A stretch of 20,000 bases of DNA, from sequence record SRR31156797_5909. One strand, written 5' to 3'. Position 1 is the stretch's first letter, and each line of letters opens with the position of its first letter. The translations under genes and the position numbers were made by a program. This document shows, piece by piece, positions 9,618 to 18,460 of the stretch. The notes under the pieces were generated by a model, which did not search any database, was not told the origin of the DNA, and was given only the letters and a program-made list of their open reading frames with translations.

Positions 9618-10076
9618 ATGAATGCTAAAAAAGAATTACAAGTAAGTGCGATCGAAAACGGAACTGTAATTGACCACATTCCTGCAGAATATTTATTTCA
9701 AGTAATTAACATTCTTGGTTTAGATAAGTGTCCTAACTCTGTAACTTTTGGAAACAACCTGGAGAGTAAAATTTTAGGTAAAAAATCAATCATTAAGATT
9801 GCAGAGAAGTTTTTCGAAGATGAAGAGATCAATAAAATATCTTTAATTGCTCCTCATGCAAAACTAAATATCATTAAAAATTACCAGGTAGTTGAAAAGA
9901 AGATTGTAGAAACTCCTAAAAAGGTAGTAGGAATTGCGAAGTGTATGAATCCAAAATGCATAACTAATGTAGAGGCAGTAACAACACGCTTTAAGGTGAT
10001 TGAAGACTCTCCTATTACATTGAAATGCCACTATTGTGAAAAAATTACGGATCACAAGCACATTGAAATCATTTAA
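9618..10076 (+). CDS. pyrI: Aspartate carbamoyltransferase regulatory subunit
   Basis: VSAIENGTVIDHI; zinc ligands CMNPKC...CHYCE; follows pyrB. Confidence 0.98.
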   Translation: MNAKKELQVSAIENGTVIDHIPAEYLFQVINILGLDKCPNSVTFGNNLESKILGKKSIIKIAEKFFEDEEINKISLIAPHAKLNIIKNYQVVEKKIVETPKKVVGIAKCMNPKCITNVEAVTTRFKVIEDSPITLKCHYCEKITDHKHIEII

Positions 10077-10101
10077 TTGTTTTGTGATTTTCTTGTTAGT
10101 G

Positions 10102-10131
10102 AAAGAAGTCCTTAGGGACTTCTTTTTTTTT
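10102..10131 (+). terminator. Intrinsic terminator after pyrI
   Basis: AAAGAAGTCC-ttag-GGACTTCTTT + T run. Confidence 0.8.
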
Positions 10132-10138
10132 ACCTTTG
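10131..10138 (+). promoter_or_regulatory. -7 promoter element for the 10176 ORF
   Basis: TACCTTTG(CA), classic TAnnTTTG, 37 nt upstream of the ATG. Confidence 0.6.
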
Positions 10139-10175
10139 CAGCGAATATAAAATCAGTACAATCTCATCAATACTT

Positions 10176-10835
10176 ATGAATTCAAAAGTTGAACATTTAA
10201 GAGATACAATTTCAGAGGCGATAGAACTAGGGCAGAATGGAAAAATAAGAGCTGGAAAAGAAGCGCTTCGATTCATTTACAAAGAGATAAAAGAAGATCC
10301 TTTTGTACTGTGGAATGATGCCTTTGTTTCTCAATTGGGTAAATCAATCATCATGATGATTCATTGGGATTTGATTGACGAAGAAGAAGAGAATATTGGC
10401 TTGGCTCACCTTGCCTACCTGTATATTAGTAAAGCCATTGAGGAAGAAGAAAAACGAAGCCCGGAAGTTGATAGTTGTGAATTGTTTCGATTGAGAAAAG
10501 ACCGAATTATTGTGATGAAAAGTTTCGATGATTTTTTTGTTGATAGCCTGCAAGATTTCTATTTTTCGGATAATAAAGCTGGCGATTTAGACACCCACAA
10601 CGAGCAACGCAAAATAGTTTTGGCTAGACTTCCCTTCATGCAATTTTCTGATATTTACAATATAGAACAAGATTACCCAAATCTTCGTGATGATGAATTC
10701 CTACTTGATCTGGCAAACTATATTGAACACGAGCAAGAATTCACCAACGAGCATTTAAAAGAAGCATTTTTACTTCACCAGATTCTCTTTAAAAGCACTT
10801 TTGAAAAGTTAAAAAAAGAAGAATTGATTTACTAG
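10176..10835 (+). CDS. Hypothetical acidic, probably alpha-helical cytoplasmic protein
   Basis: 219-aa ORF with its own promoter element and terminator; no recognised motif. Confidence 0.8.
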   Translation: MNSKVEHLRDTISEAIELGQNGKIRAGKEALRFIYKEIKEDPFVLWNDAFVSQLGKSIIMMIHWDLIDEEEENIGLAHLAYLYISKAIEEEEKRSPEVDSCELFRLRKDRIIVMKSFDDFFVDSLQDFYFSDNKAGDLDTHNEQRKIVLARLPFMQFSDIYNIEQDYPNLRDDEFLLDLANYIEHEQEFTNEHLKEAFLLHQILFKSTFEKLKKEELIY

Positions 10836-10869
10836 CTAAATACAATTCCAGATATATAATTGATATGAT

Positions 10870-10902
10870 AGAGGCGTAAAATATTATGTCTCTTTTTTTT
10901 TT
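10870..10902 (+). terminator. Intrinsic terminator
   Basis: AGAGGCGTAA-aata-TTATGTCTCT + T run. Confidence 0.7.
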
Positions 10903-11104
10903 GCAGCCAACATTACAATAAAAAAAAGACTTTTTTATCTGCAAAACATATTTTTCCTACCAACTTGAAATTATTATTTCTATCTTAATGCTTGATTTCA
11001 CGGGGAGTTCGAAAACCGACTGAATTTCGCCCCAACTGACATTGTTTTAATCTACCTACTAATGTCTGAATATCAGTCAAAAAACAATAAACACAAACAT
11101 TTTT

Positions 11105-12595
11105 ATGAGTATAGAAAAATACGACCTTGTTGTTATTGGAAGTGGTCCTGCCGGTTTCGCAGCAGCAATGCGTGCTATTGATTTTAAAAAATCGGTATGC
11201 ATGATTGAAGCAAGCCATCTAGGTGGAGCTGGAATTATGAATGGCGCACTTACTTCCAAAGCAATGTGGGAGCTATCAAGAGATTTTTCCATTGCTTCAT
11301 CGGTAATGAGAGGATACAGAGCTTCAGGATTAAATGTAGATTACAAACAAGTTCAGAAAACCATTATTCAGGCAGCAAAGCAAAAGCAATTGCAAATGCT
11401 GTCGCAAATTGAAACTTATGCCGAACCAAGTGAAGAGTTTGGTAACATCACCCTTAAACATGGATGGGGAAAATTCATAGATTCACATACCGTTGAAATT
11501 ACCTCGGAGAATAAAACTGAAAGAGTTCATGGCGATAATTTTATAATTGCAACGGGTTCCAGACCAAGACCAATGCCTGATGTAGAAATTGATCAGGAAA
11601 GAATTATTGATTCGGAAGGTGTAATGAACCTGAAGGAATTTCCGGAACGAATGATCATACTTGGATCGGGTATTATTGGTTGTGAATTCGCCACAATTTT
11701 CTCAAATTACAGCCAAACTGAAGTTCATTTATTAGACCGACAGCACAAGGTAATCCCTTACGAAGATGATGATTTAAGTGGTTTTGTGTCCAAAAATCTC
11801 GAGAACAATGGCGTTAACATTCACCATACTGCAAACCTACGATGCATTCGTAAAAAACCAGATTTTCTGGAAGTTGTTTTGGATTATCAGGATGGTCATT
11901 CGAAGGTATTGGAAGTTGACGTAGCCTTGGTTGCCATTGGTAGAATCCCAAACTTGGATAACCTTGGTTTGGAGAATGTTGGAATTGAAACCACCAAAAG
12001 AGGTTATCTAAATATAAATGAAGTTTGCGCAACCGACGATTTTAAATCCTGTAATATTTTTGCTGCCGGAGATGTATCGGGTCATGCTCAACTTTATTCT
12101 GTTGGAGAATTACAAGGTAGATATATTGTTGAGGCACTCTACGGCAATTTAGAGTATCCATTGGACTATTCTAACATGTCGACTTTAATGTTCTTTAAAC
12201 CTGAAGTAGCAGCCGTTGGATTGAACGAAAAAGCCTGTAAAAAAAGAGGAATTCCTTACAAAGTTGCTACCTACTCCAACTCACTTGTTAACCGTGCAGT
12301 AGCTATGAGAGCCGTAGATGGTTTCATTAAAATTATTGTAAGTGACGATGGCAATGATAGAATCTTGGGAATGCGTGCCGCAGGTCCACAGGCTTCAACG
12401 CTGATCACCTCAATTGCCTACCAAATTACGCAAAAGGGAACCTTAAAAGACATTCGACAAAACATACACCCTCACCCAAGTATTAGCGAAGGAGTTCAGG
12501 AATGCTTGCGTGTTTTCGAAGAAAAATCGATATACAAACCCAAAGCATTTCCCGATCTGATAAAACTAAAAAGCTGGAGACCGGAAAGTAACTAA
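11105..12595 (+). CDS. FAD/NAD(P)-dependent oxidoreductase, class I pyridine nucleotide-disulfide family (Lpd/SthA-like), lacking the redox Cys pair
   Basis: GSGPAG FAD motif, IIATGSRP, GSGIIGCEFA NAD motif, IFAAGD, C-terminal dimerisation domain with HPHPSISE. Confidence 0.9.
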   Translation: MSIEKYDLVVIGSGPAGFAAAMRAIDFKKSVCMIEASHLGGAGIMNGALTSKAMWELSRDFSIASSVMRGYRASGLNVDYKQVQKTIIQAAKQKQLQMLSQIETYAEPSEEFGNITLKHGWGKFIDSHTVEITSENKTERVHGDNFIIATGSRPRPMPDVEIDQERIIDSEGVMNLKEFPERMIILGSGIIGCEFATIFSNYSQTEVHLLDRQHKVIPYEDDDLSGFVSKNLENNGVNIHHTANLRCIRKKPDFLEVVLDYQDGHSKVLEVDVALVAIGRIPNLDNLGLENVGIETTKRGYLNINEVCATDDFKSCNIFAAGDVSGHAQLYSVGELQGRYIVEALYGNLEYPLDYSNMSTLMFFKPEVAAVGLNEKACKKRGIPYKVATYSNSLVNRAVAMRAVDGFIKIIVSDDGNDRILGMRAAGPQASTLITSIAYQITQKGTLKDIRQNIHPHPSISEGVQECLRVFEEKSIYKPKAFPDLIKLKSWRPESN

Positions 12596-12598
12596 TAC

Positions 12599-12634
12599 AA
12601 AAAAAGACGTGACTTCTAAAGTTCACGTCTTTTT
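12599..12634. terminator. Bidirectional terminator between convergent genes
   Basis: AAAAAGACGTGA...TCACGTCTTTTT. Confidence 0.8.
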
Positions 12635-12655
12635 AAAATTAACAGGTATTACAAT

Positions 12656-14725
12656 TTAATTATCAATTTTACTGTTATTTCTATATCCACTATTGTCTTT
12701 ATACCAATCCGTATAGGAAGAACCTCCACTTTCAGCCCATGAAGTAAAATGATTGTATCCTTCCAGAATTTCAACCTTCTCTTTTGTGTATTTAAACTCA
12801 TGAACAATGGCAATTGCCCAAGGCAAACCTTTACTCGTTCTGTAATCCCCATCGGGATCAACATTAGTAGGCGTTGCTTCAAAATCGTTTTGTCCCAATG
12901 AAGTCATCGCTTGATTTGGCAAATGAATTTCATGCTCACGATTTCCATTTACAATAAGGAATGGATTAAACGGACTACTTCCAATTTTATCCAATTCTAA
13001 AGGATTTGTAAATCGAATCATCACCGTAATCTCGTTGTAATTCGGATCGGCCTCTGCCGTCTCGTTTCTATAATTCTGAGATTGATCAAAAACAATTACA
13101 ACCGGCTTATCCTGGTTTGCTTCCAAACCTGTTGCCTGATCTATTGTTACATAAGAGGAACGAATATCTGTTCCTGTTACGCTTTCGATCTGAGATGGTA
13201 GTAAATCGTCAAACTGAATTCCAAAACCATTGTTAAAAGAGGCACCGGTAACATGTTTCACCCAAAATTTAGCTTCCACCTGTACCGCCTTATTATCAAT
13301 ATTCAACATCATAGTGTATCGATAATTTACTACCAAGTCATTAAAATCGTAATCTCCTTTATAGGGCCACATGTCTTCAAAAGCAAGACTTCCCCATCCA
13401 TATTTTGTTGGAGTTACAGTATTCAAACAAATTTCGGGATCATTTGGATATTCATCAATATCGTCAGGACAACCATCATTATCCGAATCACCAACATTCT
13501 CATATACAATAGGTGTTTTGGTCAAATCGTTTATGCCCAATTCATTATCAGGATCGCGTGTTTCGTATCCTCCAGTTTGGGTATCCATTACATACAAACT
13601 GGACGGAGTGAAATTATCTGCCACCCAAATGTCAGGTGTTGTTTTCGAATCAATACATAAAGAAGTTGGAGTATAAGGTAAATTATCAGCACTCTTTCTT
13701 ACCGCATTTACCTCATTCGATCCTTCATTAAAGGTAAGTTCATACAAACCACCAAATGTTGACATGTACCAGCTTCCATCGCTCCCTTTTGCAATGTCAC
13801 CGCCACTAGTGTTGTTCAATCCATCATCAATCGTAAAACTTTCCAACACACTTCCATCAGCTGGATTTAATTTATAGATGTAGTTTTTATTCGAAAAATA
13901 TAGAAAGCCTTCATCATTCGCGTACTCCAAACGAGGTCCGCCAAAGCCCAGGTTATCATTAATAATTGTAGGTTCCGACACGGCATAATCGTTTTCCACA
14001 TCTACATCGTAACGATACAATTTATATGGTTTGCCACGACCGATTGTATAAAATTGGTGGTTCTGATAATCCATAGCCACTGTCCATGTTCCTTCAGCCA
14101 AATCTGGCTTACGAACCGTAGTTAAATCTTCAGGGTTAACCGTAAAGAGCTGTCCACTCCCATTTACACACCACAAAACATCACTAGCCAATCCCGAATT
14201 CTTAACGAAAGATGTATTGCCTGCTTTTGTTTTTAAAGTATTGCCATTAAATGACAAACTAGTAGGACGATTTTCAGATAAATCATCGGTATAAGCACAT
14301 GCAAATGCATTATTAAAACGCTTTTGCAAGAATAAACACTTTACATTTGTAGGGACCGAAAGATTCAACTTTGCCTTACCCGAATTGATGCGAACCTTTG
14401 CAAGAGCGTGTGCGTTAAGATTATCCGCGAAATAAGCATTATCAGTAATGCTATTGCCTTCATCATCGATATAGGTAATCTCTTTCGAAGTATTCTCGTC
14501 CTCGTATGCATAAATGTAGTAATAGGCTCCTTCATCAGAATCATTAATTTCCAAAACTACATTACCTGTTGTTTCGAAAGTAAAACCAGTTGGGACATCC
14601 AAATTTAAAAATTGTGATTCGTCTGCTCCTGGATCGGGATCATCTTCAATTTTAGATGAATTTGAACAGGAGATGCCAATCAGAAATAAAGACAAAAATA
14701 ACAATGGATTGAAAATCTTACTCAT
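12656..14725 (-). CDS. LruC-domain (DUF4842-like) surface lipoprotein
   Basis: Lipobox LIGISC followed by acidic residues; AFEDMWPYKGDYDFNDLVV, FNPFLIVN, EIHLP and PWAI motifs; Ca-binding-like DSDNDGCPDDIDEYPNDP; central beta-propeller-like region. Confidence 0.88.
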   Translation of the reverse strand: MSKIFNPLLFLSLFLIGISCSNSSKIEDDPDPGADESQFLNLDVPTGFTFETTGNVVLEINDSDEGAYYYIYAYEDENTSKEITYIDDEGNSITDNAYFADNLNAHALAKVRINSGKAKLNLSVPTNVKCLFLQKRFNNAFACAYTDDLSENRPTSLSFNGNTLKTKAGNTSFVKNSGLASDVLWCVNGSGQLFTVNPEDLTTVRKPDLAEGTWTVAMDYQNHQFYTIGRGKPYKLYRYDVDVENDYAVSEPTIINDNLGFGGPRLEYANDEGFLYFSNKNYIYKLNPADGSVLESFTIDDGLNNTSGGDIAKGSDGSWYMSTFGGLYELTFNEGSNEVNAVRKSADNLPYTPTSLCIDSKTTPDIWVADNFTPSSLYVMDTQTGGYETRDPDNELGINDLTKTPIVYENVGDSDNDGCPDDIDEYPNDPEICLNTVTPTKYGWGSLAFEDMWPYKGDYDFNDLVVNYRYTMMLNIDNKAVQVEAKFWVKHVTGASFNNGFGIQFDDLLPSQIESVTGTDIRSSYVTIDQATGLEANQDKPVVIVFDQSQNYRNETAEADPNYNEITVMIRFTNPLELDKIGSSPFNPFLIVNGNREHEIHLPNQAMTSLGQNDFEATPTNVDPDGDYRTSKGLPWAIAIVHEFKYTKEKVEILEGYNHFTSWAESGGSSYTDWYKDNSGYRNNSKIDN

Positions 14726-14906
14726 AGTAGGTTTCGTTTTAATTTATAGTCGATTTGTGGTATAAAGTATCTCTTACGTAAATAAGTAACAATTGTTTAA
14801 ACAAAATGTTCAATTATGAAAGAAATTAACTAGCAGTAGTTGAGAATTGATCTTCTATTCACTTTTTCGTAACTTATGTGAACGCAATTCCATAAACCAA
14901 GATTCT

Positions 14907-15230
14907 ATGAACTCAACAGAAATGATAAACATTATTACCAAAGGCAACTGGCGTAATATTGAAACACAAGAAATCTGCTCCTTCTCCTGGTCAGATTCCA
15001 ATCAATCCATTAACATTCATTTTAAATCGGGCAATAAAGCTGGACGTGGCGATTCTCATAAATTTGTGAAACTGTATAACAGCAAAAAAGATATGGAAGA
15101 TTGTACCGTTCTTCGATTTCAGAGTAACCTTTTTACCAGTGAATTTAGATTGTGTTCCGAGAATGGTCCTATGGCGGTTGCTTCTGCCGTATTTGGCAAA
15201 ATGGATTTGGAAAGAGTCGAAGAACTCTAG
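14907..15230 (+). CDS. Hypothetical protein (107 aa)
   Basis: ORF divergent from the LruC gene; ATG 14907 follows an A-rich leader and is preferred over TTG 14847. Confidence 0.65.
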   Translation: MNSTEMINIITKGNWRNIETQEICSFSWSDSNQSINIHFKSGNKAGRGDSHKFVKLYNSKKDMEDCTVLRFQSNLFTSEFRLCSENGPMAVASAVFGKMDLERVEEL

Positions 15231-15270
15231 GTAAAGGCTATAATTTTAAAACCTGCAGTAGTAAATTGCG

Positions 15271-15300
15271 AAAAAAAGCCACAAGCACGGAACTTGTGGC
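15271..15300 (-). terminator. Intrinsic terminator
   Basis: GCCACAAG-7 nt-CTTGTGGC followed by T7 on the minus strand. Confidence 0.75.
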
Positions 15301-15317
15301 GATTGAACTTCTTCTAA

Positions 15318-15830
15318 TTATTTTTGAGTAAACTCGAGTACCGTTGCATTCTCATCTTTTAGGATGTCTTGCTCTTTTCGATTCAATTCCAACTCGTTTA
15401 TTACTTTTTCTTTTGTAGGGAAATAGGTAGCAAACAGCATCATTATCATACCAGCAAATCCTATTAATAGGTAGCTTCCTGTTATTAAAAAGGTAACAAT
15501 AGCAAAAAATGCAGGTCCTTCCATAATTGCAAACTTCACAATTTGGGTAGCTCTATACGAATCCAGTTTCGAACTTAAGTCTTTTTCTTTTCTATCTTTC
15601 TCTAGCCTTTTGGGAATCAAAATATAATTAGCTACAAAACTTCCAAGAAAAAAAAGTGGCACCATTATCAAAAAGATATTCTCCATTTCAGCATCCTTCT
15701 GCGCTATTCCATTAGCTTGATTCAAAAATAAGGTCATTACAGCAAATAATACTGCTCCTAACAGCAAAGCAGCGTGCACAATATTTAATGCTTTTAAGTA
15801 CTGTTTAAAGTTTTGTTTGATTACGTTCAT
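15318..15830 (-). CDS. Hypothetical membrane protein (about 4 TM)
   Basis: Four hydrophobic segments; AIMEGPAFF and FPTKEK motifs. Confidence 0.8.
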   Translation of the reverse strand: MNVIKQNFKQYLKALNIVHAALLLGAVLFAVMTLFLNQANGIAQKDAEMENIFLIMVPLFFLGSFVANYILIPKRLEKDRKEKDLSSKLDSYRATQIVKFAIMEGPAFFAIVTFLITGSYLLIGFAGMIMMLFATYFPTKEKVINELELNRKEQDILKDENATVLEFTQK

Positions 15831-15909
15831 AAATTTAAGTTTAGGTCTTTACTATAATTAAGGGCTGAAATTAGCATAATCGAATCATTCAACAAAATAT
15901 TATATTCAT

Positions 15910-15937
15910 AAAAAAAACCCAGGCATTAGGCTGGGTT
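15910..15937 (-). terminator. Intrinsic terminator after the FKBP gene
   Basis: AACCCAG...CTGGGTT with a T run on the minus strand. Confidence 0.65.
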
Positions 15938-15960
15938 CTACTACTACATTTCTTTGTAGA

Positions 15961-16776
15961 TTATTTGCTCTCGCTATGTTTTTTACACAAATCAATCATT
16001 TTCTCTTGCATTCTCTCATTATCAGGATCTGCTACTAAAAGAAGTTCCAATTTGTCTTTCGCTTTCAAAAATTCGCCCATGCTCTCCATCGACAAAATCG
16101 ATCGGTATTTTAATCTGTTATCATTGGTCAATTCACCAAATTGATCAGCATAAACATAGGCTTTTTGATGCAGACTATCTGCTGTTAACTGTTCCCACAC
16201 GCGATTCATTTGCTCATTATCGGTATGATATTTTAGTGAATCGCTACCTTTTACAATTCTATTAAAGGTATTCACTGCATCCTCAAGGCTTTTATCTTTT
16301 AAATCAGCAAATAACAAATCCGAAAGAAACGCCTTTGGCGCATCTACCTGAATGACCTTAAACTGATCGTAAACCAAAGTTGCGTGTGGAGGTATGATAT
16401 CCCCGGCACCTTTAGCGCCATATGCCAAGGAATCTGGAAGGATACAAACCACTTCGTCGCCTTCACGAAGCAACAAACTCATTTCGGTAAAACCCTTAAT
16501 CAATCGTGAGTAATCGGCAACAAAAGTGAAAAGTGAATCGGGTAACTCATTGGTGTTCCAAACCACATTATCCTCAACTTTAAGACTCAAGTAAGTCCCC
16601 ATTTTCGATCCGGTCTCTACCTTTCTGCCCTCGCCCTTTTTAATGTAGTAATATTGCAAACCACTAGCAGTTTGAATGGTATCGCCCAAAGCGATTTCGG
16701 TTTTGACTTTATTTTCTGTTTTGCAAGATGAGAAACTAAGAGCAGCTACGGCTGCAAGTAAATAGATAAATTTCAT
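15961..16776 (-). CDS. FKBP-type peptidyl-prolyl isomerase-like lipoprotein with C-terminal helical domain
   Basis: MKFIYLLAAVAALSFSSC lipobox from ATG 16776; TASGLQY, LIKGFTE, LAYGAKGAGDIIPPHATLVY. Confidence 0.88.
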   Translation of the reverse strand: MKFIYLLAAVAALSFSSCKTENKVKTEIALGDTIQTASGLQYYYIKKGEGRKVETGSKMGTYLSLKVEDNVVWNTNELPDSLFTFVADYSRLIKGFTEMSLLLREGDEVVCILPDSLAYGAKGAGDIIPPHATLVYDQFKVIQVDAPKAFLSDLLFADLKDKSLEDAVNTFNRIVKGSDSLKYHTDNEQMNRVWEQLTADSLHQKAYVYADQFGELTNDNRLKYRSILSMESMGEFLKAKDKLELLLVADPDNERMQEKMIDLCKKHSESK

Positions 16777-16943
16777 GGGTTCGTTTGTTGGTTTAATTTC
16801 GAAAATCTGAAAATACAACACTTAAGGCAATCAACAAAATCATTTTTAATGATTACAATTTGAAATATTAAAACAAAGCGTAAAAAAATTCCTTTCATGC
16901 ATAATAACATACTCTATCATTATATACATGCAACTGTTTAATT

Positions 16944-16951
16944 TAACTTTG
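16944..16951 (+). promoter_or_regulatory. -7 promoter element for the endonuclease
   Basis: TAACTTTG(CA), 56 nt upstream of the ATG. Confidence 0.6.
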
Positions 16952-17007
16952 CAACCTCAATTTTATACCGTATTTACATCCTAAACATTTTAATACTTAT
17001 TGTAAAA

Positions 17008-17880
17008 ATGAAAAAAAGCTTACTGTTCCTATTCATCATCCTCTCACTACATGCTTACTCACAAGACAACAGATACTATCCTACGAGTAAGGGTGAAATT
17101 GTAAAACACAAAAACTACACCCTATCCTACGCCGAAAAGCACGAACAGGCAGAATGGGTGGCCTACGAGCTTACTGCTGCCGAAACGCGTAAAGTGGTGG
17201 AGCGCAGCGATAAATTCAGACCCGATCCATTCGTTCCTTCCGGCTCTGCCACCCTAGAAGATTACAGAGGTTCTGGTTACGACAGAGGTCACCTGGCTCC
17301 GGCTGCCGATATGGGCTTTACTAGCAGTGCCATGAACGAAAGCTTCTACATGTCGAACATGTCGCCTCAGCTTCCTGGTTTTAACCGAGGCATTTGGAAA
17401 AACCTGGAAGGCTTGGTTCGTTCTTATGCTAAAAATTACGAAAAGGTATATGTGGTTACCGGTCCGGTTTTAAATGTGATCGCCAACACCATAGGACAAC
17501 ATGTTAGCATACCTCAACAATACTATAAAATTATTTTACGCGGCGAGGGAAAGAACGCCAGAATGATTGCTTTTCTGTTAAAGAACGAGAAGCTTAACGA
17601 GCCACTGTCTAAATTTGTGGTAAACACCGATTTTATCGAAAAACTAACGGGAATCGATTTCTTTCCTCAGCTACCAGACGACATAGAGGAGAAATTGGAA
17701 CATACCGTAGATAAAGAGAATTGGTATTTTAAAGGAAGTATCGCTACGAAAGCAAATGTATCCACCAAAACATCAAAAGAGGATGCTACTACAGGCAGGT
17801 GTTGCGGTACAACCAAATCGGGCAAACGCTGCTCAAGAAAAGCTGCATCGGGATCGAAATACTGCTGGCAGCATAAATAA
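17008..17880 (+). CDS. Secreted DNA/RNA non-specific endonuclease (NucA/EndoG family) with C-terminal CCCH motif
   Basis: Signal peptide; WVAYEL, GYDRGHLAP, SNMSPQ..FNRGIW..LE, VVTGP. Confidence 0.95.
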   Translation: MKKSLLFLFIILSLHAYSQDNRYYPTSKGEIVKHKNYTLSYAEKHEQAEWVAYELTAAETRKVVERSDKFRPDPFVPSGSATLEDYRGSGYDRGHLAPAADMGFTSSAMNESFYMSNMSPQLPGFNRGIWKNLEGLVRSYAKNYEKVYVVTGPVLNVIANTIGQHVSIPQQYYKIILRGEGKNARMIAFLLKNEKLNEPLSKFVVNTDFIEKLTGIDFFPQLPDDIEEKLEHTVDKENWYFKGSIATKANVSTKTSKEDATTGRCCGTTKSGKRCSRKAASGSKYCWQHK

Positions 17881-17902
17881 ACAAGCTAAACTGCTGATAA
17901 CC

Positions 17903-17938
17903 AAAAGTTGCTAAGCATCTTCGAGATGCTTAGCAACT
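17903..17938. terminator. Perfect 15-bp hairpin, probable terminator between convergent genes
   Basis: AGTTGCTAAGCATCT-tcg-AGATGCTTAGCAACT. Confidence 0.7.
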
Positions 17939-17965
17939 GTTCAATACTTAGTAACTATTACTATT

Positions 17966-18250
17966 TTAAGGATTGTACAAATCAGGATTAAAGAAATCCA
18001 TTATGGATTTGATCATCTCAATTTTTACGTTAGCTTTTTTATGGTCGGGCTGTAAGTCAGTAGTGATATGGTAAGCACTTAATGCCGCAGGCAATTCGCC
18101 CAATTGGTGGTGCAACTCCCCTATCATAAAGTGAGCATCAATGTGTTTCTCATCGATACCAACAATTTCTTTATATTTCTCTAATGCCGCTCTCGCATCT
18201 CCTGCTTTTACCAGCTGATCGGCTTCTATTAATAAATTTTCGATACTCAT
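17966..18250 (-). CDS. Small tetratricopeptide repeat protein
   Basis: TPR pattern AHFMIGELHHQLGELPAALSAY...P; ATG 18250 preferred because a promoter element overlaps the TTG at 18301. Confidence 0.85.
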   Translation of the reverse strand: MSIENLLIEADQLVKAGDARAALEKYKEIVGIDEKHIDAHFMIGELHHQLGELPAALSAYHITTDLQPDHKKANVKIEMIKSIMDFFNPDLYNP

Positions 18251-18298
18251 TCTTGTTGTGTTGTTTCGAGAGAAATACTTCTCTCCTATTTTGTTGAG

Positions 18299-18306
18299 CA
18301 AATGTA
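18299..18306 (-). promoter_or_regulatory. -7 promoter element for the TPR gene
   Basis: Minus-strand TACATTTG. Confidence 0.55.
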
Positions 18307-18460
18307 AGTAAAATGGGTGAGTTCCACCTTATGCGACATCAAACTCTTTTATCAATTAAAAAGCATTCAGCTATCAGCCAATAGCTTTTAAATTCAATTC
18401 CTATCAATCCTAAAGATTACAGGGATATTTGTAAATTTACGACCTAATATCTATAAAAAA

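Noticed and set aside
11002-11085. preQ1-I, yybP or SAM-II riboswitch assignment
   Set aside because: Only short motif resemblance; the required P1 pairing and conserved 3' motifs are absent
17906-17938. Perfect 15-bp inverted repeat as a mobile-element end
   Set aside because: Single copy between convergent genes with no transposase or target duplication; a terminator explains it
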